Assembly: GCA_016704485.1 (NCBI GenBank)
Contig: JADJAA010000002.1
Span: forward strand, 1,289,245-1,321,244
Length of the DNA stretch: 32,000 bases
Reading direction: 5' to 3'
DNA from: Flavobacteriales bacterium
GTDB taxonomy: Bacteria > Bacteroidota > Bacteroidia > Flavobacteriales_F > PHOS-HE28
Shown here: positions 1 through 8,094 of the stretch, piece after piece
Position numbering within the stretch: position 1 is the first letter of the stretch
How the letters are laid out: each line of letters opens with the position of its first letter
The notes under the pieces: generated by a model
What the model was told of the DNA's origin: nothing
What the model saw: only the letters and a program-made list of their open reading frames with translations
Databases searched by the model: none
Made by a program: the position numbers and the translations under genes

Positions 1-3000
1 TAGCAGTTCCATTTGCTTGTCCGAAAATGATACCGCCAGTGCTTGTGCTACCCAACGCCAGATCGCCGTTGAATAATTCCGTGCCGGAATATCCCAGGTA
101 AAAAATTCCGGTACCTGCATTCGTAAGCCGCGTTGCGCCGTTGAACATGTTGGTTCCCACACCACTATCATTCGATGGACCGATCTTTCTGCAGTAGGCG
201 TCACCATTGAACCGAGCTCCGGTAAAGCGCAGACCCGGCGAAACGGATGTCATATTTCCGTTGAAGATGGCTCCTCCGCCAAAAACAAGAATAGCTCCTC
301 CGGTCAAGGTCAAGCTCTGGGGTGTAGCTCCTAACTGGGTGAATTTTTCAATTGAAAGCAATCCATTTACGAACCCCAGTGGCCCTACTGAAATAGTACG
401 TCCAGCGGCCAGTACCGCACTACCTGTATTCAGGCCCATGCGTAATTGTCCGGTGGACGAATTACTTACGAGCAGATCGGCATTGTAGGTATCGTTCACT
501 TGATAGTACAGGTTCAAATACCCACCACCGGTCATACGGATATCCGTTAGCCCATTGAATGTATTGCCGCCTCTACTGGAATCGTTCGAAGGACCGGTCT
601 TGGTGGCTTGTACTGTGCCATTGAACGTTGTGCCATTGAACAGTAGCCCACCGGAACTGGAGACCACGTTGCCATTGAATACCGAAGCGATCCCATAGGT
701 CAACGTTGCATTTGCGCCCAGGTTTATCGCTTGCGGTGTCGGCCCCAACTGAATGAATCGATCCAATGAAAGCGCACCCGCGCTGAACCCGGTGACACCA
801 ACGGCGACGGTCCGTCCATCTGCCAGGAACCCGAACCCTGTATTCAATCCGAAACGGAACTGGCCCGTAGACGTATTGTTCAGTCGAATATCCGCGTTGA
901 ACTGATCATCCGCGGTGTAATGCATGTTGATGAAACCCGCTCCGGTCTGTGTGATCACTGTTAGACCATTGAACGTATTTCCACCCGGACTGGAGTCATT
1001 GGAGATGCCGGTTTTGGTGGCTGTTAACCTGCCATTAAAGGTGGTACCGGCAAAGAATAGTGAGCCGGAAGTTGAAGTCACATCTCCATTAAAGGTTGTT
1101 CCTGCACCATATGTCAGCGTTGCCACATTTCCCAAAGAAAGTGTTTGGGGTGTGGGACCGATCTGTGTCAGTTCCTCAATGGAAAGTAGACCCTGCGTGA
1201 ATCCCGAAGGACCAACAGCGATCGTGTAGCCTGCGGCCAATATTGCAGTTCCCGTAGAGAGACCCAACCGGAACTGACCAACCGATGTATTGCTTAAACG
1301 CAGATCAGCATTGTAGATATCATTCGCAGTAGAATAGAGGTTCATGGATCCAGTTGCGGTCATGGTTATGTCCGTGTGTCCATTGAAAATATTACCACCT
1401 CGGCTGGTGTCATTCCCTGGACCGTTCTTGGTGGATCTCACGGTACCGTTGAACGTTGTACCATGATAGAACAATGACCCGGAAGAGGAGATCACATTAC
1501 CGTTGAACACACTTCCGGTCCCGAACGCCAACGCGGCACCATTGCCCAACACCAGGTTCTGCGGTGTAGGTCCGATCTGAGTAAATCGACCAATGTTCAG
1601 CATTCCATTAGTGAACCCACCGGCTCCAACTTCGATCACTCTACCAGCCGCTAGCACCGCATTACCGGTGAACTGTCCCATTAGGATCTGACCGGTGGAC
1701 GTGTTATTGAAAAGCAGGTCGTCGTTGAACGCATCATCCGAATAGTGATACAAGTACATGATCCCCGCTGACGCAAGCGTGATCTCGGTGGGTCCATTGT
1801 ATGTATTTCCACCGTTACTTGCATCGCTACCGAACCCGGTTTTTACGGCAGTAAATGAATCATTGAACGTGGTGCCGTTCAGGTAGAGCCTTCCGGAAGT
1901 ACTGGACACCGTTCCATTGAATGTATTTCCCACACCGAAGGTCAGCGATGCACTGCTACCAAGCACGAAATTCTGCGCTGTTGATCCTATTTGAGTTAAT
2001 CGCCCGATGCTCAAGGCCCCACTCGCGAACCCTGAAGCACCAACTGAAATTATCCGGGTCGCTGCCAAGGTGGCGGTGCCCGTTAATTGGCCGGTCAGGA
2101 TCTGCCCACTGGACGTATTGCTCAACAGGACATCATTGTTGAACAAGTCGTCAAAGTTTTGATACAGTATTATGGCTCCGTTGGACGCATTCGTGATATC
2201 AACGATGTTGTTGAAGACATTCCCTCCGTTGCTCTCATCACTGCCCGGGCCGGTCTTGATCGCAGTGAGCTTACCGTTGAATGTAGCGCCATTGAAGTAA
2301 AGCCTACCGGTGGTTGCTGTTACATTTCCGTTAAGAACAGTACCCGCGTTAAAGGTCAGAGTTGCATTGGTGCCAAGCATAAGATCCTGAGCTGTACCGC
2401 CTACTTGAGTCAATTTTCCAATGGTGAGAAACCCTGCCACGAAACCAGACGCTCCTGCTGCAATGGTATAACCTGCGGCCAGCGTTGCGGTTCCGCTGAA
2501 CTGCCCGAGGAGGATCTGTCCCGTGGATGTACTTCCGAAACGGATGTTACCGTTGAAGCTATCGTTAGCGTAATGGTATAAATAGATCGTACCAGTTGAT
2601 GTATTGGTGAGATCGAGCGTACCGTTGAACGTATTTCCTCCAGTGCAAACATCGTTCAACGAACCTGTCTTGGTGAGGCTGACATCCGCATTGAACGTTG
2701 ACCCATTGAGACCGATCGACGGTGAAACGACCGTAAGCGGTCCGTTGAACGTTGTGCCAGAACCAAAATAAATACCGGCCGATCCGGTGAACGCTATATT
2801 CTGTGGAGTTGCTCCCACCTGCGTTAGTCCGTTGATGTATAATTGTCCGGATGTGAATCCTGATGCACCTACATTGATGGTATTGCCTGTGGCCAATGTG
2901 CTGGTTCCACCGCTCAACCCGAAACGAATACTACCTGTACCGGTATTGTTCACGAGTAAGGGTCCGTTGAAAACATCGATACCGGTGTAATGCGGACAGA

Positions 3001-4000
3001 AGAGAGCACTGCTCGAATTGAGAAATTCCATTGAACCGTTGAACACATTTCCCCCAGTGCTGTAATCGTTGCTGCTACCGGTCTTGGTGAATTTTGCACT
3101 ACCGGAAAAAGTTGCTCCGTTGAGAAAGACCGTTGGTGCGGTGACGTCCACATTGCCTAGGAACAGTGTACCTGGGTTGTAGAAGAAGCTGGACGTACCC
3201 GTCATTACGAGTGTGATGTTCGATGGCCCTAACTGCGTGAAACGTCCTAGACCAAGAGCGCCTGCACTAAAGCCACCAGCACCGATCATTATCGTGTAAC
3301 CCGATGCTTGATCCCATGATCCTCCGCTATAGCCGAAACGGAATCCACCGGATCCCGAACTATTGAATTTCACATCACCGTTGAACGTATCGACACCGGT
3401 ATTATTAAGAGCGAGGAATCCAATGCCGGAATTCGAGAACTCCGTGGTTCCATTGAACACGCAACCACCGGAGCTGTATTCATTCGTATTTCCGGTCTTA
3501 ATGAACGTTGCATTCGCATTGAACGTGGTGTTCTGAATATAGAGACCTGGCGCACTTCCGGTAAGTGCTCCATTGAATACGGATCCATCCCTTACGTGCA
3601 GCGTTGATGTCCCAGTTGTAATAATGCTCTGTGGTGTGGCACCAAGCTGGATCAATCTACCGATCACCAACGAACCAATACTAAAACCGCCGCCACCGAT
3701 ACTTAATGTCATTCCGGAAGCCAAAGTCCCGGATCCCGTGTTCTGTCCGAGCCAGATACCACCGCTTGTTCCCGAGCTATTGAGCACCACATTGCCGTTG
3801 TATACGTCATTCAACGTATAGTACATGTATTGCCGGCCTGCCGTATTGGTCAAGGTCAACGAGTCATTGAACGTATTGCCACCAATGCTGTAGTTGTTCC
3901 CGGTATTGGTCTTCGTAAGGGTAACAGGACCATTGAAGACGGAACCGTTGAAATAGACAATATCCGTTGTACCATTGATCGCACATGAAAACGTTGTTCC
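1..4000 (-). repeat. Diverged tandem array of about 414-nt (about 138-codon) units inside the giant CDS, with at least 9 units in the window.
   Basis: The same landmark, (c)cattgaa(c/t)gtatt(g/t)cc(a/g)cc on the plus strand (GGNxFNG on the minus strand), recurs near 555, 970, 1385, 1800, 2215, 2625, 3045, 3455 and 3870. One translated unit (601 down to about 190) reads KTGPSNDSSRGGNTFNGLTDIRMTGGGYLNLYYQVNDTYNADLLVSNSSTGQLRMGLNTGSAVLAAGRTISVGPLGFVNGLLSIEKFTQLGATPQSLTLTGGAILVFGGGAIFNGNMTSVSPGLRFTGARFNGDAYCR. The next unit restarts with KIGPSNDSGVGTNMFNG. Confidence 0.75.
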
Positions 4001-4453
4001 CGCGAATGTGATCGCGCCCGCAGCTACGTTAGGAGCAAGAGTTCCATTGTTCACGGCTCCTCCGATGAAGTTGCTCGTACCCGTAACGTTAAGGGTGAAT
4101 GCATTCAAATTGAGCGTTCCCGAAGTGATAGTAAGGCTGTTCACGGACCGGTTCGCATCCAATAAAGGCTGATTCAGCGCGGTCAGCAGTACTACGGCAG
4201 TATCAGCTCCATTGGGGAATCCCGTAGCGGGGAGCCAGTTAAAATTATTGTTCCATGCTGTGCTGATCGCTCCCGTCCATGTATACGTGGTCTGAGCTGT
4301 AGTGCTAAGTGTGATGAATACGAGTACTGAACCCAGCGTGCGCAAGGTCAATGGAAGCTTCCTCAACTGTCCCACGGATCGATTCACAGTTATAGCGGTC
4401 ACAGCGCGGCAATGGAAGAACCTTTCAACTAAAGTCAAATGACTGGAACGCAT
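1..4453 (-). CDS. Giant secreted repeat protein (beta-helix/adhesin-like, xFNG-rich). It is 3'-truncated by the left window edge.
   Basis: The minus-strand frame is open from ATG 4453 to position 1, with an in-frame TAA four codons upstream of that ATG. I hand-translated about 210 N-terminal codons (4453 down to about 3820) and 200 codons at the left edge (601 down to 2) and found no stop. Any internal stop would have produced a complete ORF in the track, and none is listed in this frame. A signal-peptide-like segment, (M)RKLPLTLRTLGSVLVFITLSTTAQT, begins at TTG 4366, which is an alternative and perhaps the true start. The body is G/T/N/S-rich with recurring FNG motifs. Confidence 0.8.
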   Translation of the reverse strand, partial: MRSSHLTLVERFFHCRAVTAITVNRSVGQLRKLPLTLRTLGSVLVFITLSTTAQTTYTWTGAISTAWNNNFNWLPATGFPNGADTAVVLLTALNQPLLDANRSVNSLTITSGTLNLNAFTLNVTGTSNFIGGAVNNGTLAPNVAAGAITFAGTTFSCAINGTTDIVYFNGSVFNGPVTLTKTNTGNNYSIGGNTFNDSLTLTNTAGRQYMYYTLNDVYNGNVVLNSSGTSGGIWLGQNTGSGTLASGMTLSIGGGGFSIGSLVIGRLIQLGATPQSIITTGTSTLHVRDGSVFNGALTGSAPGLYIQNTTFNANATFIKTGNTNEYSSGGCVFNGTTEFSNSGIGFLALNNTGVDTFNGDVKFNSSGSGGFRFGYSGGSWDQASGYTIMIGAGGFSAGALGLGRFTQLGPSNITLVMTGTSSFFYNPGTLFLGNVDVTAPTVFLNGATFSGSAKFTKTGSSNDYSTGGNVFNGSMEFLNSSSALFCPHYTGIDVFNGPLLVNNTGTGSIRFGLSGGTSTLATGNTINVGASGFTSGQLYINGLTQVGATPQNIAFTGSAGIYFGSGTTFNGPLTVVSPSIGLNGSTFNADVSLTKTGSLNDVCTGGNTFNGTLDLTNTSTGTIYLYHYANDSFNGNIRFGSTSTGQILLGQFSGTATLAAGYTIAAGASGFVAGFLTIGKLTQVGGTAQDLMLGTNATLTFNAGTVLNGNVTATTGRLYFNGATFNGKLTAIKTGPGSDESNGGNVFNNIVDITNASNGAIILYQNFDDLFNNDVLLSNTSSGQILTGQLTGTATLAATRIISVGASGFASGALSIGRLTQIGSTAQNFVLGSSASLTFGVGNTFNGTVSSTSGRLYLNGTTFNDSFTAVKTGFGSDASNGGNTYNGPTEITLASAGIMYLYHYSDDAFNDDLLFNNTSTGQILMGQFTGNAVLAAGRVIEVGAGGFTNGMLNIGRFTQIGPTPQNLVLGNGAALAFGTGSVFNGNVISSSGSLFYHGTTFNGTVRSTKNGPGNDTSRGGNIFNGHTDITMTATGSMNLYSTANDIYNADLRLSNTSVGQFRLGLSTGTAILAAGYTIAVGPSGFTQGLLSIEELTQIGPTPQTLSLGNVATLTYGAGTTFNGDVTSTSGSLFFAGTTFNGRLTATKTGISNDSSPGGNTFNGLTVITQTGAGFINMHYTADDQFNADIRLNNTSTGQFRFGLNTGFGFLADGRTVAVGVTGFSAGALSLDRFIQLGPTPQAINLGANATLTYGIASVFNGNVVSSSGGLLFNGTTFNGTVQATKTGPSNDSSRGGNTFNGLTDIRMTGGGYLNLYYQVNDTYNADLLVSNSSTGQLRMGLNTGSAVLAAGRTISVGPLGFVNGLLSIEKFTQLGATPQSLTLTGGAILVFGGGAIFNGNMTSVSPGLRFTGARFNGDAYCRKIGPSNDSGVGTNMFNGATRLTNAGTGIFYLGYSGTELFNGDLALGSTSTGGIIFGQANGTA

Positions 4454-4472
4454 GGTATCGGTGGCTTACTTT

Positions 4473-4503
4473 CCGTCGACCAACGACTCATTGTCGTCGA
4501 CGG
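4473..4503. other. Inverted repeat or hairpin just upstream of the giant gene start.
   Basis: ccgtcgac (4473-4480) and gtcgacgg (4496-4503) form a perfect 8-bp inverted repeat with a 15-nt spacer. The spacer contains an inner cgac/gtcg pair. No T-run follows on either strand. Confidence 0.3.
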
Positions 4504-4600
4504 ATACACATTTATACCACATAGAGCCTCACAGAGTTACATGAACTCAATGGTGGCCGGCTCCACCGGGAGGACGTTCCGTAAGGACTTCAATGTGCGA

Positions 4601-4666
4601 GCGATCCGCAGTATGCAATAAAACCAGCATGAGGGTGTTATTGTTGAGATTGATCGCGATCAATTA
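4601..4666. repeat. Copy A of a 66-nt duplicated element (partner at 12416-12481, same orientation).
   Basis: Hand alignment gives 57 of 66 identical positions with no gaps. Copy A contains the perfect 14-bp palindrome ttgatcgcgatcaa. A further 24 nt upstream aligns weakly, at about 62% identity. Confidence 0.7.
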
Positions 4667-4699
4667 AAAGCAGCCCGATCCGCCGGTGATCATATCGTA

Positions 4700-4916
4700 T
4701 TATGGGGTAGTACAATTCAACTGGATCCATGTGGTTTGTGTGCCACCGGTCGGGAGCGTACCACGAATGCCTACGATCATGGGCAATTGAATAGCGTTCA
4801 GATGCTGGATTGTTCCACTGGGAACTGTTGTCCAACTGTTCTGGGCATTGCATGCGCAACCAGCAGAAGACCAGAAATGGTAAGAATGTGCTTTTCCATG
4901 AAGCGTTTGTTCTTCA
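4700..4916 (-). pseudogene. Possible frameshifted remnant of a secreted propeller-type (BNR/Ycf48-like) protein.
   Basis: ATG 4916 opens MKNKRFMEKHILTISGLLLVAHA, which is signal-peptide-like, and that frame stops after 39 codons. A second frame continues NAQNSWTTVPSGTIQHLNAIQLPMIVGIRGTLPTGGTQTTWIQLNCTTP, ending with a stop at 4700-4702. This resembles one W-x-SGT...G-x-G-T...GG-x-TW propeller blade. No intact ORF spans both parts. Confidence 0.25.
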
Positions 4917-4921
4917 TATGG

Positions 4922-5080
4922 TTAACTGAAGTTGGAACCGTTCGACGTTGAGTGCTGGAACATAGAGGCCAGATCATATTGACAGGAACTTAGAAAGAGA
5001 ACCATAAGGCTGATCGCAGCCACCAAGAGGATCAGTTCCGCAATGCGGGAAAGCTTGTTCATGGTGTTCTGTTGCGACAT
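4922..5080 (-). CDS. Small (52 aa) lipoprotein-like ORF, below the size cutoff of the ORF track.
   Basis: Hand translation gives MSQQNTMNKLSRIAELILLVAAISLMVLFLSSCQYDLASMFQHSTSNGSNFS. It has a hydrophobic core followed by a lipobox-like LSSC. Its stop lies 5 nt before ATG 4916 of the remnant. An alternative start is ATG 5062. Confidence 0.3.
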   Translation of the reverse strand: MSQQNTMNKLSRIAELILLVAAISLMVLFLSSCQYDLASMFQHSTSNGSNFS

Positions 5081-5238
5081 TTCCCAGGTATTTCAGGTCC
5101 AAAATTCATTTTTCAGCTCGGCGGGTACAAGGAATACCGATCCAGCGGTCGAACGTGCTATCGAGTGGTTTCCATGCAACATTCCAAACGAACAACACGA
5201 TCACCCTAACTTTCACCGATCGAAAGCAGGGCTGAATC

Positions 5239-7263
5239 ATGCATTGCAGAACAACAAGGAGATGGCTGCGCGTACTTGTGCTTGTTCTGCAATTCCCTTC
5301 CATAACGCTACAAGCACAGGATGCTGGATTGATCCCCGAAGTACGGTCCGATCTTGCCAATGCCACGGACGACACACTTCGTGCCGATGCATTGGCGCGA
5401 CTTTGTTTCAATCTGATCCAGACTTTCCCGGACAGTGCGCGTTATTACGGTGAAGCAGCTCTTGCGTTGGCTGAACGCATCGGGCAACCACGTGCTCTTG
5501 CCGATGCGCACAACAACTTGGGCTGGCTGGAAACTTCGCAAGGAAACTTCAAGGAAGCAGAAGAACATTTCAAGATCGCACTCGATCTCTTCATCGTCAT
5601 AGGAAATCCTGCCTACATCGCGGTAACACTCTCAAACATGGGTTGGTGTGCCGATAAACAGGGCAACCGCGTTGGGGCATTGACACAATTCCAGAACGCT
5701 TTAAAGCAAAGTGAGAATGCTCAGGACACGGCGATCATGGCCGTCAGCCTATATTCCATCGGCACAACGTACAGTAAAATGAAGGAGTACGATCGAGCCC
5801 GTGATCACATAGAACGGTCCATGCAAATGGAACGCATGCTTGGTCGAAAAAGCAAAGAAGCCAATTGTTTGTTGGCCATTGGCAACATATGGCGCTCTGA
5901 GAGCAACACTTCTAAAGCCCTTGAATTGTACGAGCAAGCGTCTTTGATGTATGCAGCTAACAACGATCAATACGGTGTTGGTATGGTGGAGGAGAATTCC
6001 GGCGATCTGTTCATCGATGATCGACCAGGCGCTGCTTTGACCCACTATACGAAGTCACTTCAAGTTTATGAAGCACTGCACAGTCCAGCGGACAAGGCCT
6101 ACATCCTTCAACGGATCGGACTTGCTCAACAGGGAATGAAGCGCTACACTGATGCAGAACAGAGCTATGGAGAAGGCATGACGCTGGCAAAGTCCACAGG
6201 TAGCACAGAATTGGTAATGGAATTCGAACTAAGTCTTGCAGAGCTGGCTGTAGATCAAGGCAGGAGTGAAATTGCATTGGAACACTACCAGCGCCACATG
6301 GCCTTGAAGGACAGTTTGCAGAGCGATGCATCTCAACGCGAACTATTGCGCTTGCGCACCGTTTTCGAAACAGAAAAAGCCGAACAGGACAACGAACTAC
6401 TGAAGACCGAGAACGAATTACGCCGCACCAATGAACGTCGGTTAAAGGCGCGGGCATTGGGTATTGCAGCGTTCGCCGTATTGCTAACGCTAGTGTTGGG
6501 CATGCTTTGGCGCACCTATCGTTTGCGCGAGAAACATACCAAAGAAGTTGAAGCGTTCAATACCGAACTCGCGAAACAGCGCGATGAAGTTGAACGGATA
6601 AATTCGCTCTTGGAGTTGAAAGTACTGCGCTCACAACTGAACCCGCACTTCATTTACAATTGCCAGAGCAGCGCCATTGCCATGATGAAGGCTGGGCAGA
6701 CCGTAGAAGCCTTGGCATATCTGCAAGGTTTCGCACGCTTGTTACGTATGATGTTGGAGCACAGTGTTAGCGACTGTATCACCGTGGAAGAGGAAGCTGA
6801 TTTCTTGCGGCAATACATCAAGTTGGAAGCACTACGCGTAACGGATCTGCACTATGAAGTGAATGTGGATCCAGTATTGATCAAGAACGAAGCCGACATC
6901 CCCGCGTTGCTCGTGCAACCCTTCGTAGAGAATGCGCTATGGCACGGTCTGGCTCAAAAGTCCGGCGTACGAGAACTTGTTATCGACTTCAAGCAAAGTG
7001 GAACGCAACTGCACTGCACGATAACGGACAACGGTATTGGAAGGAACGGGACCAAAGCGACTGGCGACGACCATCATTCGTTGGGCACCGAACTGATCAA
7101 CGAACGCTTGCAATTGCTCACGCACCGGTTGGACCAACGCGGGTCGTATGTGATCGAGGACTTAACGAATGTTACGGGTGAGCCTTGTGGGACGCAGGTG
7201 ACCCTTCAGTTGGAAATTGGTCCCGCGGAAAAGACCACTTCAACATTCACCACACACATATGA
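5239..7263 (+). CDS. Sensor histidine kinase, LytS/YehU type, with an N-terminal signal peptide and an extracytoplasmic TPR array.
   Basis: The 674-aa ORF starts with a signal-like N-terminus (RRWLRVLVLVLQFPSITLQAQD). It has repeated TPR-like helices, a coiled-coil segment and a TM segment (ALGIAAFAVLLTLVLGMLW). The His_kinase box is LRSQLNPHFIYNCQSS and the HATPase motifs are VQPFVENALWHG and DNGIG. Confidence 0.9.
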   Translation: MHCRTTRRWLRVLVLVLQFPSITLQAQDAGLIPEVRSDLANATDDTLRADALARLCFNLIQTFPDSARYYGEAALALAERIGQPRALADAHNNLGWLETSQGNFKEAEEHFKIALDLFIVIGNPAYIAVTLSNMGWCADKQGNRVGALTQFQNALKQSENAQDTAIMAVSLYSIGTTYSKMKEYDRARDHIERSMQMERMLGRKSKEANCLLAIGNIWRSESNTSKALELYEQASLMYAANNDQYGVGMVEENSGDLFIDDRPGAALTHYTKSLQVYEALHSPADKAYILQRIGLAQQGMKRYTDAEQSYGEGMTLAKSTGSTELVMEFELSLAELAVDQGRSEIALEHYQRHMALKDSLQSDASQRELLRLRTVFETEKAEQDNELLKTENELRRTNERRLKARALGIAAFAVLLTLVLGMLWRTYRLREKHTKEVEAFNTELAKQRDEVERINSLLELKVLRSQLNPHFIYNCQSSAIAMMKAGQTVEALAYLQGFARLLRMMLEHSVSDCITVEEEADFLRQYIKLEALRVTDLHYEVNVDPVLIKNEADIPALLVQPFVENALWHGLAQKSGVRELVIDFKQSGTQLHCTITDNGIGRNGTKATGDDHHSLGTELINERLQLLTHRLDQRGSYVIEDLTNVTGEPCGTQVTLQLEIGPAEKTTSTFTTHI

Positions 7264-8000
7264 TCAAGGCGCTTTTGGTCGATGATGAACCGCAATTGCG
7301 CACCTACCTGCGTTCGTTGTTGGAAGAAGCGTGTGCGGATATACAAGTGATCGGCGAAGCATCGAACATTGAAGAAGCCAAAAAGTTGATCGCACAACAC
7401 GATCCGCAACTGGTCTTTCTGGATATTGAAATGGCAGGTGGAAGCGGATTCGATCTGTTGCGGGATCTGAAGCATTGGAACTTTGAAGTGATCTTCGCCA
7501 CAGGCCATCAGGAGTTCGCAATTCAGGCCATTCGCTTCAGTGCGTTGGACTATTTGCCCAAGCCAGTGCAGCCGGAGGAACTCGCAGCAGCCCTGGAGCG
7601 CTATCACGCGCGCCATCGCGATGCTACAGTGCGTACACAAGTCCAAGAGCAGTTCATTGTCAACATTGCTCAACCGGACGTTAAGCAATTCAAACTAACG
7701 CTAAGCCAAGGTGATCGCACCTTCTTTGCTGAACCAGCGGAAGTACTGCGCTGCATAGCAGATCGCAACTACACGAACGTGATCCTGAAGAATGAAAAGC
7801 GCTTCCTGCAAGCTCGCACGTTGAGCGATTTTGAAGCGATGCTTGTTCCACACGGGTTCCTTCGACTTAACCGTTCGGACCTAGTGAACCGATCGGTGAT
7901 CGATCATGTGGATGGGCACGATGCAGTGTTGAAGAATGGGGAACGTGTTGAAGTTTCTCGGCGTCGTTTGGCTGAAGTGAAGCAGGTTTTGGCTGGCTGA
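7260..8000 (+). CDS. LytTR-family response regulator (REC plus LytTR DNA-binding domain).
   Basis: MIKALLVDDEPQ...VFLDIEM is a typical receiver domain. The C-terminal part (RNYTNVILKNEKRFLQARTLSDFEAML...FLRLNRSDLVN) is typical LytTR. ATG 7260 overlaps the kinase stop (ATGA at 7260-7263). The track's longer 7185 start is an upstream extension that overlaps the kinase. Confidence 0.9.
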   Translation: MIKALLVDDEPQLRTYLRSLLEEACADIQVIGEASNIEEAKKLIAQHDPQLVFLDIEMAGGSGFDLLRDLKHWNFEVIFATGHQEFAIQAIRFSALDYLPKPVQPEELAAALERYHARHRDATVRTQVQEQFIVNIAQPDVKQFKLTLSQGDRTFFAEPAEVLRCIADRNYTNVILKNEKRFLQARTLSDFEAMLVPHGFLRLNRSDLVNRSVIDHVDGHDAVLKNGERVEVSRRRLAEVKQVLAG

Positions 8001-8079
8001 TCGGACCGCTAGATAAGCGGTTCGACCGCTGGATCAGATCCACTTTGAACGGAAGGTTCGTCAGTGCATCTTCGGACCG
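8001..8079 (+). promoter_or_regulatory. Direct repeats of TCGGACCG-like boxes in the spacer between the response regulator gene and the first gene of the surface cluster.
   Basis: tcggaccg occurs at 8001-8008 and again at 8072-8079, both exact 8-mers. The variant ttcgaccgct lies at 8021-8030, 20 bp from the first box. accgct (8005-8010) and agcggt (8016-8021) can also pair as a 6-bp stem with a 5-nt loop. Confidence 0.35.
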
Positions 8080-8094
8080 ATAATCCAATTTCCT

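Noticed and set aside
207-4172. Many 60-164-aa plus-strand ORFs, and three minus-strand ORFs in another frame, listed in the track across the first 4.4 kb.
   Set aside because: They are shadow frames of the single long minus-strand ORF. They are P/V/R-rich or low-complexity, they interrupt each other, and they mirror the 414-nt periodicity of the true frame.
4439-4951. A plus-strand frame that would be open for 171 codons if the TAA at 4619-4621 were read through (track ORFs 4439..4621 and 4736..4951).
   Set aside because: The product is Cys/Arg-rich and not protein-like. It overlaps the N-terminus of the giant gene and the better-looking minus-strand signal-peptide ORFs. There is no evidence for stop-codon reassignment elsewhere in the window.
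7206-7688. A 160-aa minus-strand ORF and neighbouring minus-strand ORFs inside the response-regulator gene.
   Set aside because: They are antisense to a gene with unmistakable REC and LytTR motifs and show no motifs of their own.
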